Shown here: piece after piece, positions 1 to 9,577 of the stretch
How positions within the stretch are numbered: the first letter of the stretch is position 1
Layout of the letters: every line of letters begins with the position of its first letter
Assembly: GCA_965208125.1 (NCBI GenBank)
Contig: OZ242320.1
Coordinates: 4,960,001 to 5,024,000 of the forward strand
Source: Candidatus Latescibacterota bacterium
GTDB lineage: Bacteria; Latescibacterota; UBA2968
Length of the DNA stretch: 64,000 nucleotides
Direction of reading: 5' to 3'
The notes under the pieces: model-generated
Told to the model about the DNA's origin: nothing
Database searches by the model: none
What the model saw: the letters and a program-made list of their open reading frames with translations, nothing else
Translations under genes and position numbers: made by a program

Positions 1-1648
1 AGCTCCGCTGCAATGACAGCGAAGGACTTAAAAACGTCTCTTGGGTCTTAAAATCTGCGCTCAACTCATCCACAACGGCGCTCGCCTTCCTGACCTGTCG
101 ATCCAGATCGTTATCCAACGCCCCAGCACTGATGCCTGCATTCACATACCACAACGGCGCAACCTTTTGCACGACCGCTGGCGACACAGTAAATCGAAAG
201 CTATTTGTATGATTATCGCGAACCTGATCATCCACAACAACGCGGTCGGGTTTGTAGAGCGTTGCCGTATTTGTCCAATTTGATTCCAAATCGCTTTTCT
301 GATGCGATGCCGACAAACTCGTTTTCACCTGCGTATTGCCATTGTTCAGTTTAATAATATCCGTGCCTTTGATACTTAAATTGAGCTCATCCAAATGGCT
401 GTTGCTTTGATTGTCATCATCATGGATCAACACATCATTCTGACGCGTATTCCGCAATGCTCGACGCACCATATTGCTTGTCGTAATCCTCAAATCGCCA
501 TCAATAATCATATTGTGATTGGCATGAAACCGGTGGCGTACACCAAGATTTGCCTTATGCGGTGTCTCTCTCTCATCCTGTGTCAAATCTTCAATCTGAT
601 CATAGGCTCCATCTACAATAAAATTCTCCGTCGTTGTTTTCTGTTCCAGATCCTTCTGCGTGGAATTAACCAGATAGCTGAAAAAATAGCGATTGTGCTT
701 CTCGGCGTTATACGACAGATTCAACCCACCTGCCGCAGTCGTGTTTAACCCACTGATCTTACGCCCCCACGATGCATCGTCTTTTCCCGTAAACCGAAAC
801 TCATTCACATTGTTATACATCCCCAACAATGCGCTCTGAATGGTGCTGGAAAATCGATAGAGCTTTGCTTGTGTATTATAATGGCTGCCCGTACCACCGC
901 CAGCCTCCGCATTGCCAAAATATCCTTTCTTTTTATCTTCATTCAACAGCAGATTGATGGTCCGATCACGAACGCCATCATCAATACCAGTAAACTCTGC
1001 CTCATCCGTTTTTTTGTCATACACCTGCACTTCATCAATCGCATCCGCTGGCAAATTCTTGGTCGCCACTTTCGGATCGTTCCCAAAAAACTCTTTCCCA
1101 TCCACCAGCACCCTGGTCACATCTTCACCCAATGCTTTCACATTCCCAGTTTTATCTACTTCAATACCAGGCATCTTCCTCAGCAAATCTTCGACCGCTG
1201 CACCTGCCTCCACTTTAAACGCCTTGGCATTAAACGACACCGTGTCCTGCTCAATTGCAATCGGCACATACTCCGCCGTAACCACCATCTCATCAAGCAC
1301 GGCATTCTCCTTCAGAACCCTATCCCCAAGGTCCTCCCCTTGCTCTGGTGGAACCGTAATGTTTTCGTAGATAACCTCCATCCCCACAAAAGAAAACTGC
1401 ATCAGATACGCACCAGCCTTGATATGCTCAATCTGATACAGGCCCTTTTGATCGACAATATCGTGATACTGCAACGTCGAGTCTGCTGGGCTTAACAGCA
1501 CCACGTTGGCATATGTCAACGGCTCGCCCTGCTCATTAATCACTCGCCCCTTGAGCGAATGCTGCGCGAATGCAGGAACAGATAAACTCAGAATAAGAGC
1601 GAAGGCCAACACCGGTTTGAGATATCTGTGTTTGAACCTCGGGATCAT
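1..1648 (-). CDS. TonB-dependent receptor-like outer-membrane beta-barrel protein with N-terminal carboxypeptidase-regulatory-like domain (3' end runs off the window)
   Basis: Manual translation of the minus strand from ATG 1648: MIPRFKHRYLKPVLAFALILSLSVPAFAQ (signal peptide), then GRVINEQGEPLTYANVVL...DTVSFNAKAFK...VEDLLRKMPGIEVD...VLVDGKEFFGNDPKVATKNLPADAIDEVQVYD. This matches the plug region of Bacteroidota-type OM receptors. Absent from the ORF track because no stop lies in the window. ATGA overlap with the upstream gene. Confidence 0.85.
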   Translation of the reverse strand, partial: MIPRFKHRYLKPVLAFALILSLSVPAFAQHSLKGRVINEQGEPLTYANVVLLSPADSTLQYHDIVDQKGLYQIEHIKAGAYLMQFSFVGMEVIYENITVPPEQGEDLGDRVLKENAVLDEMVVTAEYVPIAIEQDTVSFNAKAFKVEAGAAVEDLLRKMPGIEVDKTGNVKALGEDVTRVLVDGKEFFGNDPKVATKNLPADAIDEVQVYDKKTDEAEFTGIDDGVRDRTINLLLNEDKKKGYFGNAEAGGGTGSHYNTQAKLYRFSSTIQSALLGMYNNVNEFRFTGKDDASWGRKISGLNTTAAGGLNLSYNAEKHNRYFFSYLVNSTQKDLEQKTTTENFIVDGAYDQIEDLTQDERETPHKANLGVRHRFHANHNMIIDGDLRITTSNMVRRALRNTRQNDVLIHDDDNQSNSHLDELNLSIKGTDIIKLNNGNTQVKTSLSASHQKSDLESNWTNTATLYKPDRVVVDDQVRDNHTNSFRFTVSPAVVQKVAPLWYVNAGISAGALDNDLDRQVRKASAVVDELSADFKTQETFLSPSLSLQRS

Positions 1649-2406
1649 CGTTTACCCTTCTTCTTCGCCACGGTCTCCTCGAATTCCACAATCTTCTCGG
1701 CCATAATCTCGGCGAATTCTTTCTGTGTTACCTTCTTACCCCGATCTGGTTTTGACACTGCATCTTTGTCCGGAGGCGTCACATCAACAGAAGTCGCCAT
1801 AAAAGCCGTTTCGCCATTCTTTTCAACAACCAGAATAAGCCCCGGCAAACCATAAAATAAATCAGGCCCAGCAGAAATGGGGATCTCTGGCGTAAACCAC
1901 GCATTGAAGGTATCGTCTCCCATCTTCAGTTCTGCACTCATGCACATATACCCTTGAACCTTTGTCATCTTGTTGGTTAACTTCCACGCCTTCCTCTCCT
2001 TTTCACCAACAATTAGAAAGTCCCGCGTCATAAACGTAACTTGCCGGGTCATCTCATCTTTCGCAAAATCGTAATACACCTTCTCCAATACAGGGCTGGG
2101 CGGTTTTCCCTTGCTCATGAACATAAGCACTTTTTGCAATCCTTTATTCGGCGTTTCAAGTTCGACAGCATCATTTTCATAAAGCGCCTTTTCTGTCGTA
2201 AAATACAAAATCTTTGCCTTTTTTCCCGATGGAGGCAATGTTGCGAGAAAGTTATCCCACCTGGTGGACTTTCCCGTGGTTTTGAAATTGTACTTTGTAA
2301 TCTGGTGATACTTTATAACGCCGCCCGTAATATCTTTCGCCATGCCCTGTCCTGCCGTAAACAAAAGAGCAGAGATCGTTAAAAAATAGAAACACCGTCT
2401 ATTCAC
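1645..2406 (-). CDS. GLPGLI family protein
   Basis: Signal peptide; signature AWFTPEIPISAGPDLFYGLPGLIL and WKLTNKMTKVQGYMC; RBS GGAGG upstream. Confidence 0.9.
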   Translation of the reverse strand: MNRRCFYFLTISALLFTAGQGMAKDITGGVIKYHQITKYNFKTTGKSTRWDNFLATLPPSGKKAKILYFTTEKALYENDAVELETPNKGLQKVLMFMSKGKPPSPVLEKVYYDFAKDEMTRQVTFMTRDFLIVGEKERKAWKLTNKMTKVQGYMCMSAELKMGDDTFNAWFTPEIPISAGPDLFYGLPGLILVVEKNGETAFMATSVDVTPPDKDAVSKPDRGKKVTQKEFAEIMAEKIVEFEETVAKKKGKR

Positions 2407-2433
2407 AGGACTACCTCCGTTTTAAAGAGCCCT

Positions 2434-3201
2434 TTAGACGCCCGTGGTCAAGAGACCGCCATCCACCGGTAGGGAGGCGCCGGTAATATTACCGGCCGCT
2501 GGCGAGCAGAGAAAGGCAACGGCTCGTCCGATGTCCTCGGGAGTGCCACGGCGCTGCAAGGGTATGTTGGCTTTGAGGTTGTTGGACACGCTGCCCACAG
2601 ATGGAGCCTGAGTGCCAAAAATATGGGTCACGTCCATATACCCCGGCATCACGGCGTTGCAGCGGATATTGTGGGGACCTAAGTCCACAGCCATGCTCTC
2701 GGTGAGGCGCAGCACACCGGCTTTGGCAACTCCGTAGGCCGTATCGTCGGGCCAAGCGCGGTAGGCATGGACCGAAGAGGTACTGACAATGCAGCCTCCC
2801 TCGCCTTGTTGTACCATGATGCGGGCGGCCTGCTGACTGCAAAGAAAAAAGCCTTTGAGACACACATCCAGGGTCAAATCCCAGTTTTCTTCGGTGATTT
2901 CGAGGAAGGTAGCCCCGCTTCCGGCATAGGGGTTGTTAACCAGAATATCGAGGTGGTTAAAACGGGCGATGAAGGCGGTGAACATCGCTTCCACCTGTGC
3001 TCGGTCGGATATATCAGCCTGAAAGAAGTCGGCTTCTCGCCCCTGATCCCGGATCAGTTCCAGGGTCCTGTCGGCATCGGCATCTCGTTCCAGGTCGTTG
3101 ATGCCCACATCACAGCCCGCCTGAGCCAGAGCAAGGGCAATGCCGCGACCGATATTGCGGCGTCCACCAGTGACGAGAGCCTTCTTTCCATCGAGTGACA
3201 T
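2434..3201 (-). CDS. SDR family NAD(P)-dependent oxidoreductase (FabG-like)
   Basis: TGGRRNIG Rossmann motif, YGVAK catalytic YxxxK, C-terminal ITGASLPVDGG. Start placed at MSLDGKK (RBS GGGAG). Confidence 0.9.
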   Translation of the reverse strand: MSLDGKKALVTGGRRNIGRGIALALAQAGCDVGINDLERDADADRTLELIRDQGREADFFQADISDRAQVEAMFTAFIARFNHLDILVNNPYAGSGATFLEITEENWDLTLDVCLKGFFLCSQQAARIMVQQGEGGCIVSTSSVHAYRAWPDDTAYGVAKAGVLRLTESMAVDLGPHNIRCNAVMPGYMDVTHIFGTQAPSVGSVSNNLKANIPLQRRGTPEDIGRAVAFLCSPAAGNITGASLPVDGGLLTTGV

Positions 3202-3436
3202 AGTGCGATCTCCCTTTTGGCGTAGTAGTGCAAGATTGTTATTTATGAAATATTTGCAAATTTCAATATACGCCAAAAACTGTGCGATGCGATAGAGAAA
3301 GCATGGCTATACCAAACCCCCTGCATCATCTTAAAAATTGCTTTCAATGATGAGGTTTGTTATCATTAATTATCCCTCATTACTGGGAATAAAGCATCCT
3401 ATTCTGCTTTTCATATCTGGGAACTCGCGTTTTGTT

Positions 3437-3913
3437 ATGACAAAAGAAATTGAGCGAAAGTTTTGCGTACGAAAAATGCCAGACTTGACGGCTCGTACGG
3501 GGATAGAAATCTCACAGGGCTATATTTCAGTAGGCGAGAATGGTCCAGAGGTTCGCTTGCGTCGCAAGGACGAGCGATTTTATCAGACTGTGAAAATTGG
3601 TGAGGGTGTACAACGGACTGAGGTTGAGGTGGAATTGAGCCGAGCACAATTTGATACCCTCTGGCTTTTGACCGCGGGCAAGCGGCTGGAAAAAGTGCGC
3701 TATGAGATACCAGAAGGCGTTTGGACGATTGAATTAGATGTGTACCGCGGTCGTCTGGAGGGCCTGGTAGTGGCCGAGGTCGAGTTTGAGACCATAGATG
3801 AAAGTTCGCGCTTTGTTCCGCCCCCCTGGTTTGGACGAGAAGTGACAGATGATAGTCATTATAAAAATGCCTATCTGGCATTGATGGGAATTTCAAATGA
3901 TCACGCGCTGTGA
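3437..3913 (+). CDS. CYTH domain protein (triphosphate tunnel metalloenzyme)
   Basis: N-terminal EIERKF, VRLR, AEVEF and C-terminal PPWFGREVTDDSHYKN motifs. Confidence 0.9.
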   Translation: MTKEIERKFCVRKMPDLTARTGIEISQGYISVGENGPEVRLRRKDERFYQTVKIGEGVQRTEVEVELSRAQFDTLWLLTAGKRLEKVRYEIPEGVWTIELDVYRGRLEGLVVAEVEFETIDESSRFVPPPWFGREVTDDSHYKNAYLALMGISNDHAL

Positions 3914-5426
3914 AACTTATGTCTTACGCGAGCCTGCTGGGCCGGATATAATAGAAACACTTGGGCTTGAACACAGTAAATCTCTGCCTGAGAAAGAGGA
4001 AATTGCTCAGTATTTCGACACATTTGACTGGCGCTTGTATCAAAAGGGACTCGCGCTGATACAGGCGAGAAATGCGGTGTATTTACAGCGGATTTCAGAT
4101 GCTGAATACCCTTTGGTGCGCGATCAGACCGAAATGAAACAAAACTTGGAAGGCCGCTTCTGGTGGATGTTTCCAGAGGGCGAGTTACGCGACACACTAC
4201 GGGGCGCGCTCTCAGTTCGCGCACTGTTACTTCAAGCACAGGTGAGGCAGAAGGTTTGCGGATTTGGCGTTTTGAATACAGATGAAAAGACAGTTGTTCG
4301 GTTGTTTCTCACGCATACCAGCACGGAAAACGGACACGTTGCGACTTTGACTTGCCGAAGCGTGCGGGGATATGAGCGCGATTTTGAGAATTTACGCCGT
4401 CGTTTTCTGAAATTGGATGTGGCACATGCGGCAGAAGATGTATTTGAGCGCGTGATGAATCTCGCAGGATGCGTGCCGGGCGATTATTCCTCAAAGCTCA
4501 ATCTCAACCTGAATCGCGAGGCGGGTGGGCGCGAGGCGGCTTGCGATATTTTGAAGCACTTGCACGATGTAATGCGCCAAAATGAAGCGGGCATTCGCGC
4601 GGATTGGGATACGGAATTTTTGCACGATTTTCGGGTTGCGATTCGGCGCACGCGGTCGGCGCTTAGTCAAATCAAAGGCGTTTTGCCCGAAGATTCTGTA
4701 GAACATTTTAAGGATGAGTTTCGAGAATTGGGCAGATCGACCAATCGGTTGCGCGATCTGGACGTGTATTTACTCGAAGAAGAGACTTATCGCGCGATGT
4801 TGCCCCGGTCACTGCAACCCGGCCTGGACGCCGTGTTTTCGCGCTTAAAAAGCGAGCGTCGGCGTGCCCTTAACGATATGGTGCAGGTTATCGAGACGCC
4901 CGAATATCTGGGTCTGGTGGATTCATGGGCGGCTTTTTTGCAGGGGGCACAGTCTCAGAGGGGGAGGGATTCCGCTGTGCCGGCTATAGCCCTTGCGCGA
5001 AAATTTATTTTTAAACGCTTTAAGCAGGTGCTCAAAAGAGGCCAGGCGATTGGAGACGATACGCCCGACGAAGCATTGCACAATTTGCGAATCGACTGCA
5101 AAAAATTGCGGTATTTGTTGGAGTTTTTTGCCTCATTTTTTCCCAAAAATAAGATGGATAAACTCATCGGGTATATGAAGAAATTGCAGGATAATCTGGG
5201 AGATTTTAACGATTTATCGGTACAACAGGAGGAATTGACGACCTATTTAAACGAGGTATTGCCCCGCAGTCGGCGTGCAGACCGCCTGCTTTGCGCTGCA
5301 GCTATTGGCGGGCTTATTGCGCGTTTGCACAGCCAGCAGCAAGTTGTTCGGCGCGAATTTGCCAGTGCTTTTGCCATTTATGCGAAAAAGAAAAATGTTC
5401 GTTTGTACCGCGATTTATTTGGATAG
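3897..5426 (+). CDS. CHAD domain protein (polyphosphate-binding) with degenerate CYTH-like N-terminus
   Basis: YFDTFDWRL N-terminal motif; CHAD motifs EFLHDFRVAIRRTRS, RDLDV, LHNLRIDCKKLRYLLEFF, LQDNLGDFNDLSVQ. Confidence 0.92.
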   Translation: MITRCETYVLREPAGPDIIETLGLEHSKSLPEKEEIAQYFDTFDWRLYQKGLALIQARNAVYLQRISDAEYPLVRDQTEMKQNLEGRFWWMFPEGELRDTLRGALSVRALLLQAQVRQKVCGFGVLNTDEKTVVRLFLTHTSTENGHVATLTCRSVRGYERDFENLRRRFLKLDVAHAAEDVFERVMNLAGCVPGDYSSKLNLNLNREAGGREAACDILKHLHDVMRQNEAGIRADWDTEFLHDFRVAIRRTRSALSQIKGVLPEDSVEHFKDEFRELGRSTNRLRDLDVYLLEEETYRAMLPRSLQPGLDAVFSRLKSERRRALNDMVQVIETPEYLGLVDSWAAFLQGAQSQRGRDSAVPAIALARKFIFKRFKQVLKRGQAIGDDTPDEALHNLRIDCKKLRYLLEFFASFFPKNKMDKLIGYMKKLQDNLGDFNDLSVQQEELTTYLNEVLPRSRRADRLLCAAAIGGLIARLHSQQQVVRREFASAFAIYAKKKNVRLYRDLFG

Positions 5427-5448
5427 TGAATCTCATTGAGGAGCGGGT

Positions 5449-6207
5449 GTGAGTATCTTTGCGTTGTACAGCATGAAAGGTGGCGTAGGGAAAACCGCCG
5501 CCGCCGTGAATCTGGCTTATGAAGCGGTTCAATCCGGTGCTACCGCTTTGCTGTGCGATTTAGACCCTCAAGGGGCTGCGGCTTTTTATTTTCGCATCCG
5601 CGCAAAGAAGAAGTTTGGACGCAAGCGTTTCTTGAAGGGCGGCAAGCACTTAGAGAATAATATTCGAGGGACGGACTTTGAAGGTCTGGACTTATTGCCT
5701 TCGGCTATGTCTTTTCGCAATATGGATTTGGGGTTGGACGATCGGGCGGAAAACAAAAGCTATTTGAAGCGTCTGTTGACGCCAATGCAGAAAGAGTACG
5801 ATTATATTTTTTTAGATTGCCCGCCCAACCTGACGCTCCTCGCCGAGCATGTTTTCAGGGCGGCCGATTATGTGGTTGTTCCGTGTATTCCGACGACTCT
5901 GTCGATGTTGACACATAAAAAATTGGTAGATTTTTTTAAAAAAAATAAATTAAAACGCAGAAAATTGGTGTCGTTTTTTTCAATGGTGGAACAGCGCAAA
6001 ACAATGCACAAAGACACGATCGCACAGGTGGGCGAGCGAGAGGAAAAATTTCTGAATGCACAAATTCCTTATACGACGGATGTGGAGCGGATGGGCTGGG
6101 CGAGACAACCCGTGGCATGCTTCAGGCCGCGTGCAAAGGCAACTCAGGCGTATCGGGAACTGTGGACAGAATTGCAAATGCTTGGACGAATAGACGGAGC
6201 GAGGTAA
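5449..6207 (+). CDS. ParA/Soj family ATPase (orphan, no adjacent parB)
   Basis: Deviant Walker A MKGGVGKT, DLDPQG, DCPP; GTG start after GAGGAG. Confidence 0.9.
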   Translation: MSIFALYSMKGGVGKTAAAVNLAYEAVQSGATALLCDLDPQGAAAFYFRIRAKKKFGRKRFLKGGKHLENNIRGTDFEGLDLLPSAMSFRNMDLGLDDRAENKSYLKRLLTPMQKEYDYIFLDCPPNLTLLAEHVFRAADYVVVPCIPTTLSMLTHKKLVDFFKKNKLKRRKLVSFFSMVEQRKTMHKDTIAQVGEREEKFLNAQIPYTTDVERMGWARQPVACFRPRAKATQAYRELWTELQMLGRIDGAR

Positions 6208-6298
6208 AACTGGTCGTTTCCCAGACCAGTTCATAGACGAATAGACGCCCCCTCCTCACCACCCAAAGGCAGTGCGAACGCCATTCGCAGATTCGTTT
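6185..6298. repeat. Small structured repeat element, copy 1 (paralog at 23829-23922)
   Basis: GACGAATAGACG-GAGCGAGGTA-AAACTGGTC(loop)GACCAGTT-C-ATAGACGAATAGACG...ATTCGCAGATTCGTTT aligns block by block with 23829-23922. Confidence 0.7.
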
Positions 6299-6310
6299 GC
6301 AGCCAATAAT

Positions 6311-6340
6311 AAAACCCCCCGGCAAAATGTCGGGGGGTTG
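6311..6340. terminator. Hairpin terminator between convergent parA and tonB
   Basis: AACCCCCCGGC-AAAAT-GTCGGGGGGTT stem, with a T-tract on the minus strand. Confidence 0.65.
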
Positions 6341-6357
6341 GTGTTTGCGTTCGTAAA

Positions 6358-7047
6358 TTATCGAGTAATTCGGAAACGTATGGGTATGACGAGATAGACT
6401 TTAACAGGTCTATCATTTTGACGGGCTGGCTTAAAACGGTATTGATTAACGGACTGAAGGGCCGCTTTGTAAAAAATTTCTTTGCCTTTGACAGCATTGG
6501 CCTGTTCGACTACTCCGGCTTTGTCAACCAGTATTTTCAAGTGGACGGTGCCTTCAATCCCCGCCTTGAGGGCGACCGGGGGATATACTGGTGCTACGCG
6601 ATGGATGAGCACGGGTTTTTCTTCGACCATGAAATATTCGAGTATCTCTTCTTCTGGTTCCACTATTGCTGCAATATCATCGCCAGGGGGTGGGGGCACA
6701 TGGAGATCGACCTTATCGAAATCGAGGTCGGTAGTTTCAATAGTGACATCGTCGGGCACATCTTCGCTTTCGGTTGCAATGGGAATGGACGGCCGTGGCG
6801 GTGGCGGTGCGCGGTGAATCTGACGGGTTTCCGGTATATCGACGTTTTCGATGACAATGGTGCGCCGCTCTATTTTGCGTGTACCAGCTGTGAATGTGGG
6901 AAACATAAGCCCTATGCCCACATGCAAGATGAATGCAATCCCCATGCTGATGCGAAATATGCGCTTATAAATGCGTTTGAGATCACAATCTGGATTTTTG
7001 GTACGCGGAATTTCTGGCGTGATCCACTGCTCGGATTTTTCGTTCAT
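6358..7047 (-). CDS. tonB: Energy transducer TonB
   Basis: Single TM helix containing His (AFILHVGIG), Pro-rich linker, TonB_C domain PVYPPVALKAGIEGTV...FKPARQNDRPV. Start placed at MNEKSEQ. Confidence 0.88.
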   Translation of the reverse strand: MNEKSEQWITPEIPRTKNPDCDLKRIYKRIFRISMGIAFILHVGIGLMFPTFTAGTRKIERRTIVIENVDIPETRQIHRAPPPPRPSIPIATESEDVPDDVTIETTDLDFDKVDLHVPPPPGDDIAAIVEPEEEILEYFMVEEKPVLIHRVAPVYPPVALKAGIEGTVHLKILVDKAGVVEQANAVKGKEIFYKAALQSVNQYRFKPARQNDRPVKVYLVIPIRFRITR

Positions 7048-7148
7048 GGTTCTTCTCGGCAGAAAGAATTGCGGGCTTATGGACTTATGTGATTGAGCTT
7101 TCGGCTTGCTTTGCTGACTGCTGGCCGCTGATACCTGCCTATCTATAA

Positions 7149-7177
7149 ATTTTAACACTACCGTAATGGAAAGGCAA
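7149..7177 (-). promoter_or_regulatory. Putative sigma-70 promoter for tonB
   Basis: TTGCCT-N17-TAAAAT on the minus strand. Confidence 0.45.
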
Positions 7178-7284
7178 GGTATTTTTGCAAGCCCTTGTTT
7201 GACAAACTGCTTGTGCATTCAGGATTCATATCAATATATTGAATTCCGTTGATTAATGATCTATTCTTCTTGTGGTACAAGGCA

Positions 7285-8799
7285 ATGAAAAATTCCTTCC
7301 CCCATTTGGTATTCGCGTGTGCTGTGGGCATTTTGATCGGATGTTATAATCCCCAACGCGATTTGAGCATAGACCCATACAATACACCGCTCATCCACAT
7401 TACTGATGCCAATTATGACACTAATACGGGAATGGTCGTTGTACAATGGGAGTATCTCGGGCAGAAGCGCGTTGAGAATTTTGTCCTCCAGCGTGGAGAT
7501 ATTTCGGGTTTTAGAAATATTGAACTTTCTCCCGGTGCCAATGCTCAGGGCAGATACGCGACTGTGGGGACGTTTCGAGATGGTGATCTATTAGCTGGCG
7601 AGTCAGTACAATACCGCGTGGTTGCCGAACACAGCGAAGGCGGACTGGTGAGTACTTCCGCAGTTGAAGTTCCTATTCCCGGTGCAGGATTGCGCCAAAT
7701 GCGGCGCAATCCCATTGCCCTTACCGTGCAACTCGGCTGGGAAGCGGAAGCGGGTGAGATCGTGACTTATGAAGTTGTGCGTGCACCAGCAGGCGGCGAT
7801 TACGAGACGATTTTCGTTACGCAAGACCCGCAGCAGACATCCTTTGAGGACAGGACAGTCCCCGACAATCGCCCCTATGTTTATGCCATAAGATCTCACC
7901 TGTCAACGGGAGTGCAACTCACAAGTCGCAGTGTGCGCGTGCAATTTTATCGCGAAGCGGGGCGATATGTCGTAGCCCCCCTGCAGAGCGAGCGAGAGAG
8001 GATGCGCCTTTCAACTGCTGATCCCTATAACGAAGCCGACATGTTCGCCCTGATTGTTCAACCCAACCAAATTTCACTTTCTCACCTGCGGCATACCCTG
8101 GGAGTCGATGTATCACACAGCCTTGTCAAAACTGATATGCTGAATTTGGGCTCCTTCCTGCCGCAATCTGTGGATCTGGTTGGACCTCCGGTGCAGGAGG
8201 AGACGAGAACTTTTTCTCGCGCTTACATTGGCGGCCTGGATTCAATTGGGCACGTTCGAGTTTTAAGTATTGAATGGCCTCTTAATTTCATAGGAATATG
8301 GGGACCTTCCCATCTCAATTGGGTAAGTTCATCTTCGCATGTGCGATTGGCCCAGGACAATCAACAGCGGTTTTATGTTGCCACAGGTGGGCAATTGCGC
8401 GTCTATTCGGCTGCGAGAGCTCCTGCAGGTGCTTTTGATCTCGAATATAGAGACCCCGTGGATATCGCCGTTCATGATGATGTTATATGGATTGCATGGA
8501 CAAATGGGATTCAACGGGGAGTTTTGCACTTTTCTGGTGAGAGGCTCAGCAACATCACGTGGGAGGTCGTGCTGCATCCTGAGGTCGAGCCGCGTGCTTT
8601 AACGCTCAATACTGCAGGTCAAGTTTTTGTACTGGATCGCACGCAGGTGCGCGTGTTTCGAGCAAATGGAGAAAAACTTCTCTCCTGGCTACTGCCTTCG
8701 GGCGCATTCTCAGCAGGTGATCTGACTATCGGCAGATCAAGTCCGAATCTCTTACATCTCTCAGATGAAAATGGGGAGGTCATAACGTATGTGCCGTAG
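7285..8799 (+). CDS. Putative lipoprotein with two FN3-like domains and a C-terminal beta-propeller (NHL-like)
   Basis: Lipobox ILIGC; two W...F/Y.V.R...F.D...Y.Y.I FN3-type patterns; PVDIAV and PRALTLNTAGQVFVLD propeller blades. Confidence 0.65.
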   Translation: MKNSFPHLVFACAVGILIGCYNPQRDLSIDPYNTPLIHITDANYDTNTGMVVVQWEYLGQKRVENFVLQRGDISGFRNIELSPGANAQGRYATVGTFRDGDLLAGESVQYRVVAEHSEGGLVSTSAVEVPIPGAGLRQMRRNPIALTVQLGWEAEAGEIVTYEVVRAPAGGDYETIFVTQDPQQTSFEDRTVPDNRPYVYAIRSHLSTGVQLTSRSVRVQFYREAGRYVVAPLQSERERMRLSTADPYNEADMFALIVQPNQISLSHLRHTLGVDVSHSLVKTDMLNLGSFLPQSVDLVGPPVQEETRTFSRAYIGGLDSIGHVRVLSIEWPLNFIGIWGPSHLNWVSSSSHVRLAQDNQQRFYVATGGQLRVYSAARAPAGAFDLEYRDPVDIAVHDDVIWIAWTNGIQRGVLHFSGERLSNITWEVVLHPEVEPRALTLNTAGQVFVLDRTQVRVFRANGEKLLSWLLPSGAFSAGDLTIGRSSPNLLHLSDENGEVITYVP

Positions 8800-9565
8800 T
8801 TTATTTGTTTGGGTATTGTTTTGTCTGGTGATGGGCTCAGCACGAGCGGCTGATCGGGATATTGTCGAAAAAGCGCAGGTTTTCTACCGTGTGGGGGATT
8901 ATGCCAGTGCGTTTGAGACGCTTTCCCATCTTCCGAGCTTGTTGGGCGTGGTGCCTTTGTTCGATAGACCGCGACAGAGTCGGAGAGCTGAAATTTTTTT
9001 TGATCTGGGGCGCATTCACATGGCTTCTGGCGATACGACTCGTGCGCGTCTGGCACTTGTCGAGGTATTTCGCCTGGATCCAGAGGTCAACAAGGGGATT
9101 ATGGATATTGGCCCCGATCAGGCACTCGCAGATACGCGGGCATTACTTTCGGACATGCGCCGCAAAACAATGCGCCAAACCCTTGAAAAAACCACATTTT
9201 TGGGGGGTGCCGGTCGCTCGCTTCTTTTGCCGGGATGGGGACAGCTATACCGCGGACACAAAAAACGGGGGTATATCTTTATGGGGACTGCGGCTGTACT
9301 CGCTGCGGCCTGGCTTGTGACCGATATATCCTATCGCAGTGCATATAATACCTATCGCGGTACGCGTTTAAATGATTTGCAACTGGATCAACGCATATCC
9401 GGCACGAATTCCGATGTATTTACCCAAAATTTTGAACGCGTGGAATCTCGCGCTGGACGGGCCAATCTCGTGCTGGGTTTGCTCGCTGCGGTCTGGTTAT
9501 CAAATGTATTGGAACATCTGGTGATCGGACCAGCACAAGTTACCCTGTCGGTGCCCATAAATTGA
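8789..9565 (+). CDS. TPR-containing membrane/secreted protein with DUF5683-like region
   Basis: Signal peptide, TPR-like helices, SLLLPGWGQLY motif followed by hydrophobic helices. Confidence 0.65.
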   Translation: MCRSLFVWVLFCLVMGSARAADRDIVEKAQVFYRVGDYASAFETLSHLPSLLGVVPLFDRPRQSRRAEIFFDLGRIHMASGDTTRARLALVEVFRLDPEVNKGIMDIGPDQALADTRALLSDMRRKTMRQTLEKTTFLGGAGRSLLLPGWGQLYRGHKKRGYIFMGTAAVLAAAWLVTDISYRSAYNTYRGTRLNDLQLDQRISGTNSDVFTQNFERVESRAGRANLVLGLLAAVWLSNVLEHLVIGPAQVTLSVPIN

Positions 9566-9577
9566 GGACGGTCGAGT

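Noticed and set aside
6255-6300. Minus-strand GCAAACGAA... resembling a tmRNA resume codon (ANES...)
   Set aside because: The frame does not end in an ALAA-type tag, no tRNA-like acceptor or T-arm ends are present, and the space is too short. The sequence is better explained by the repeat element.
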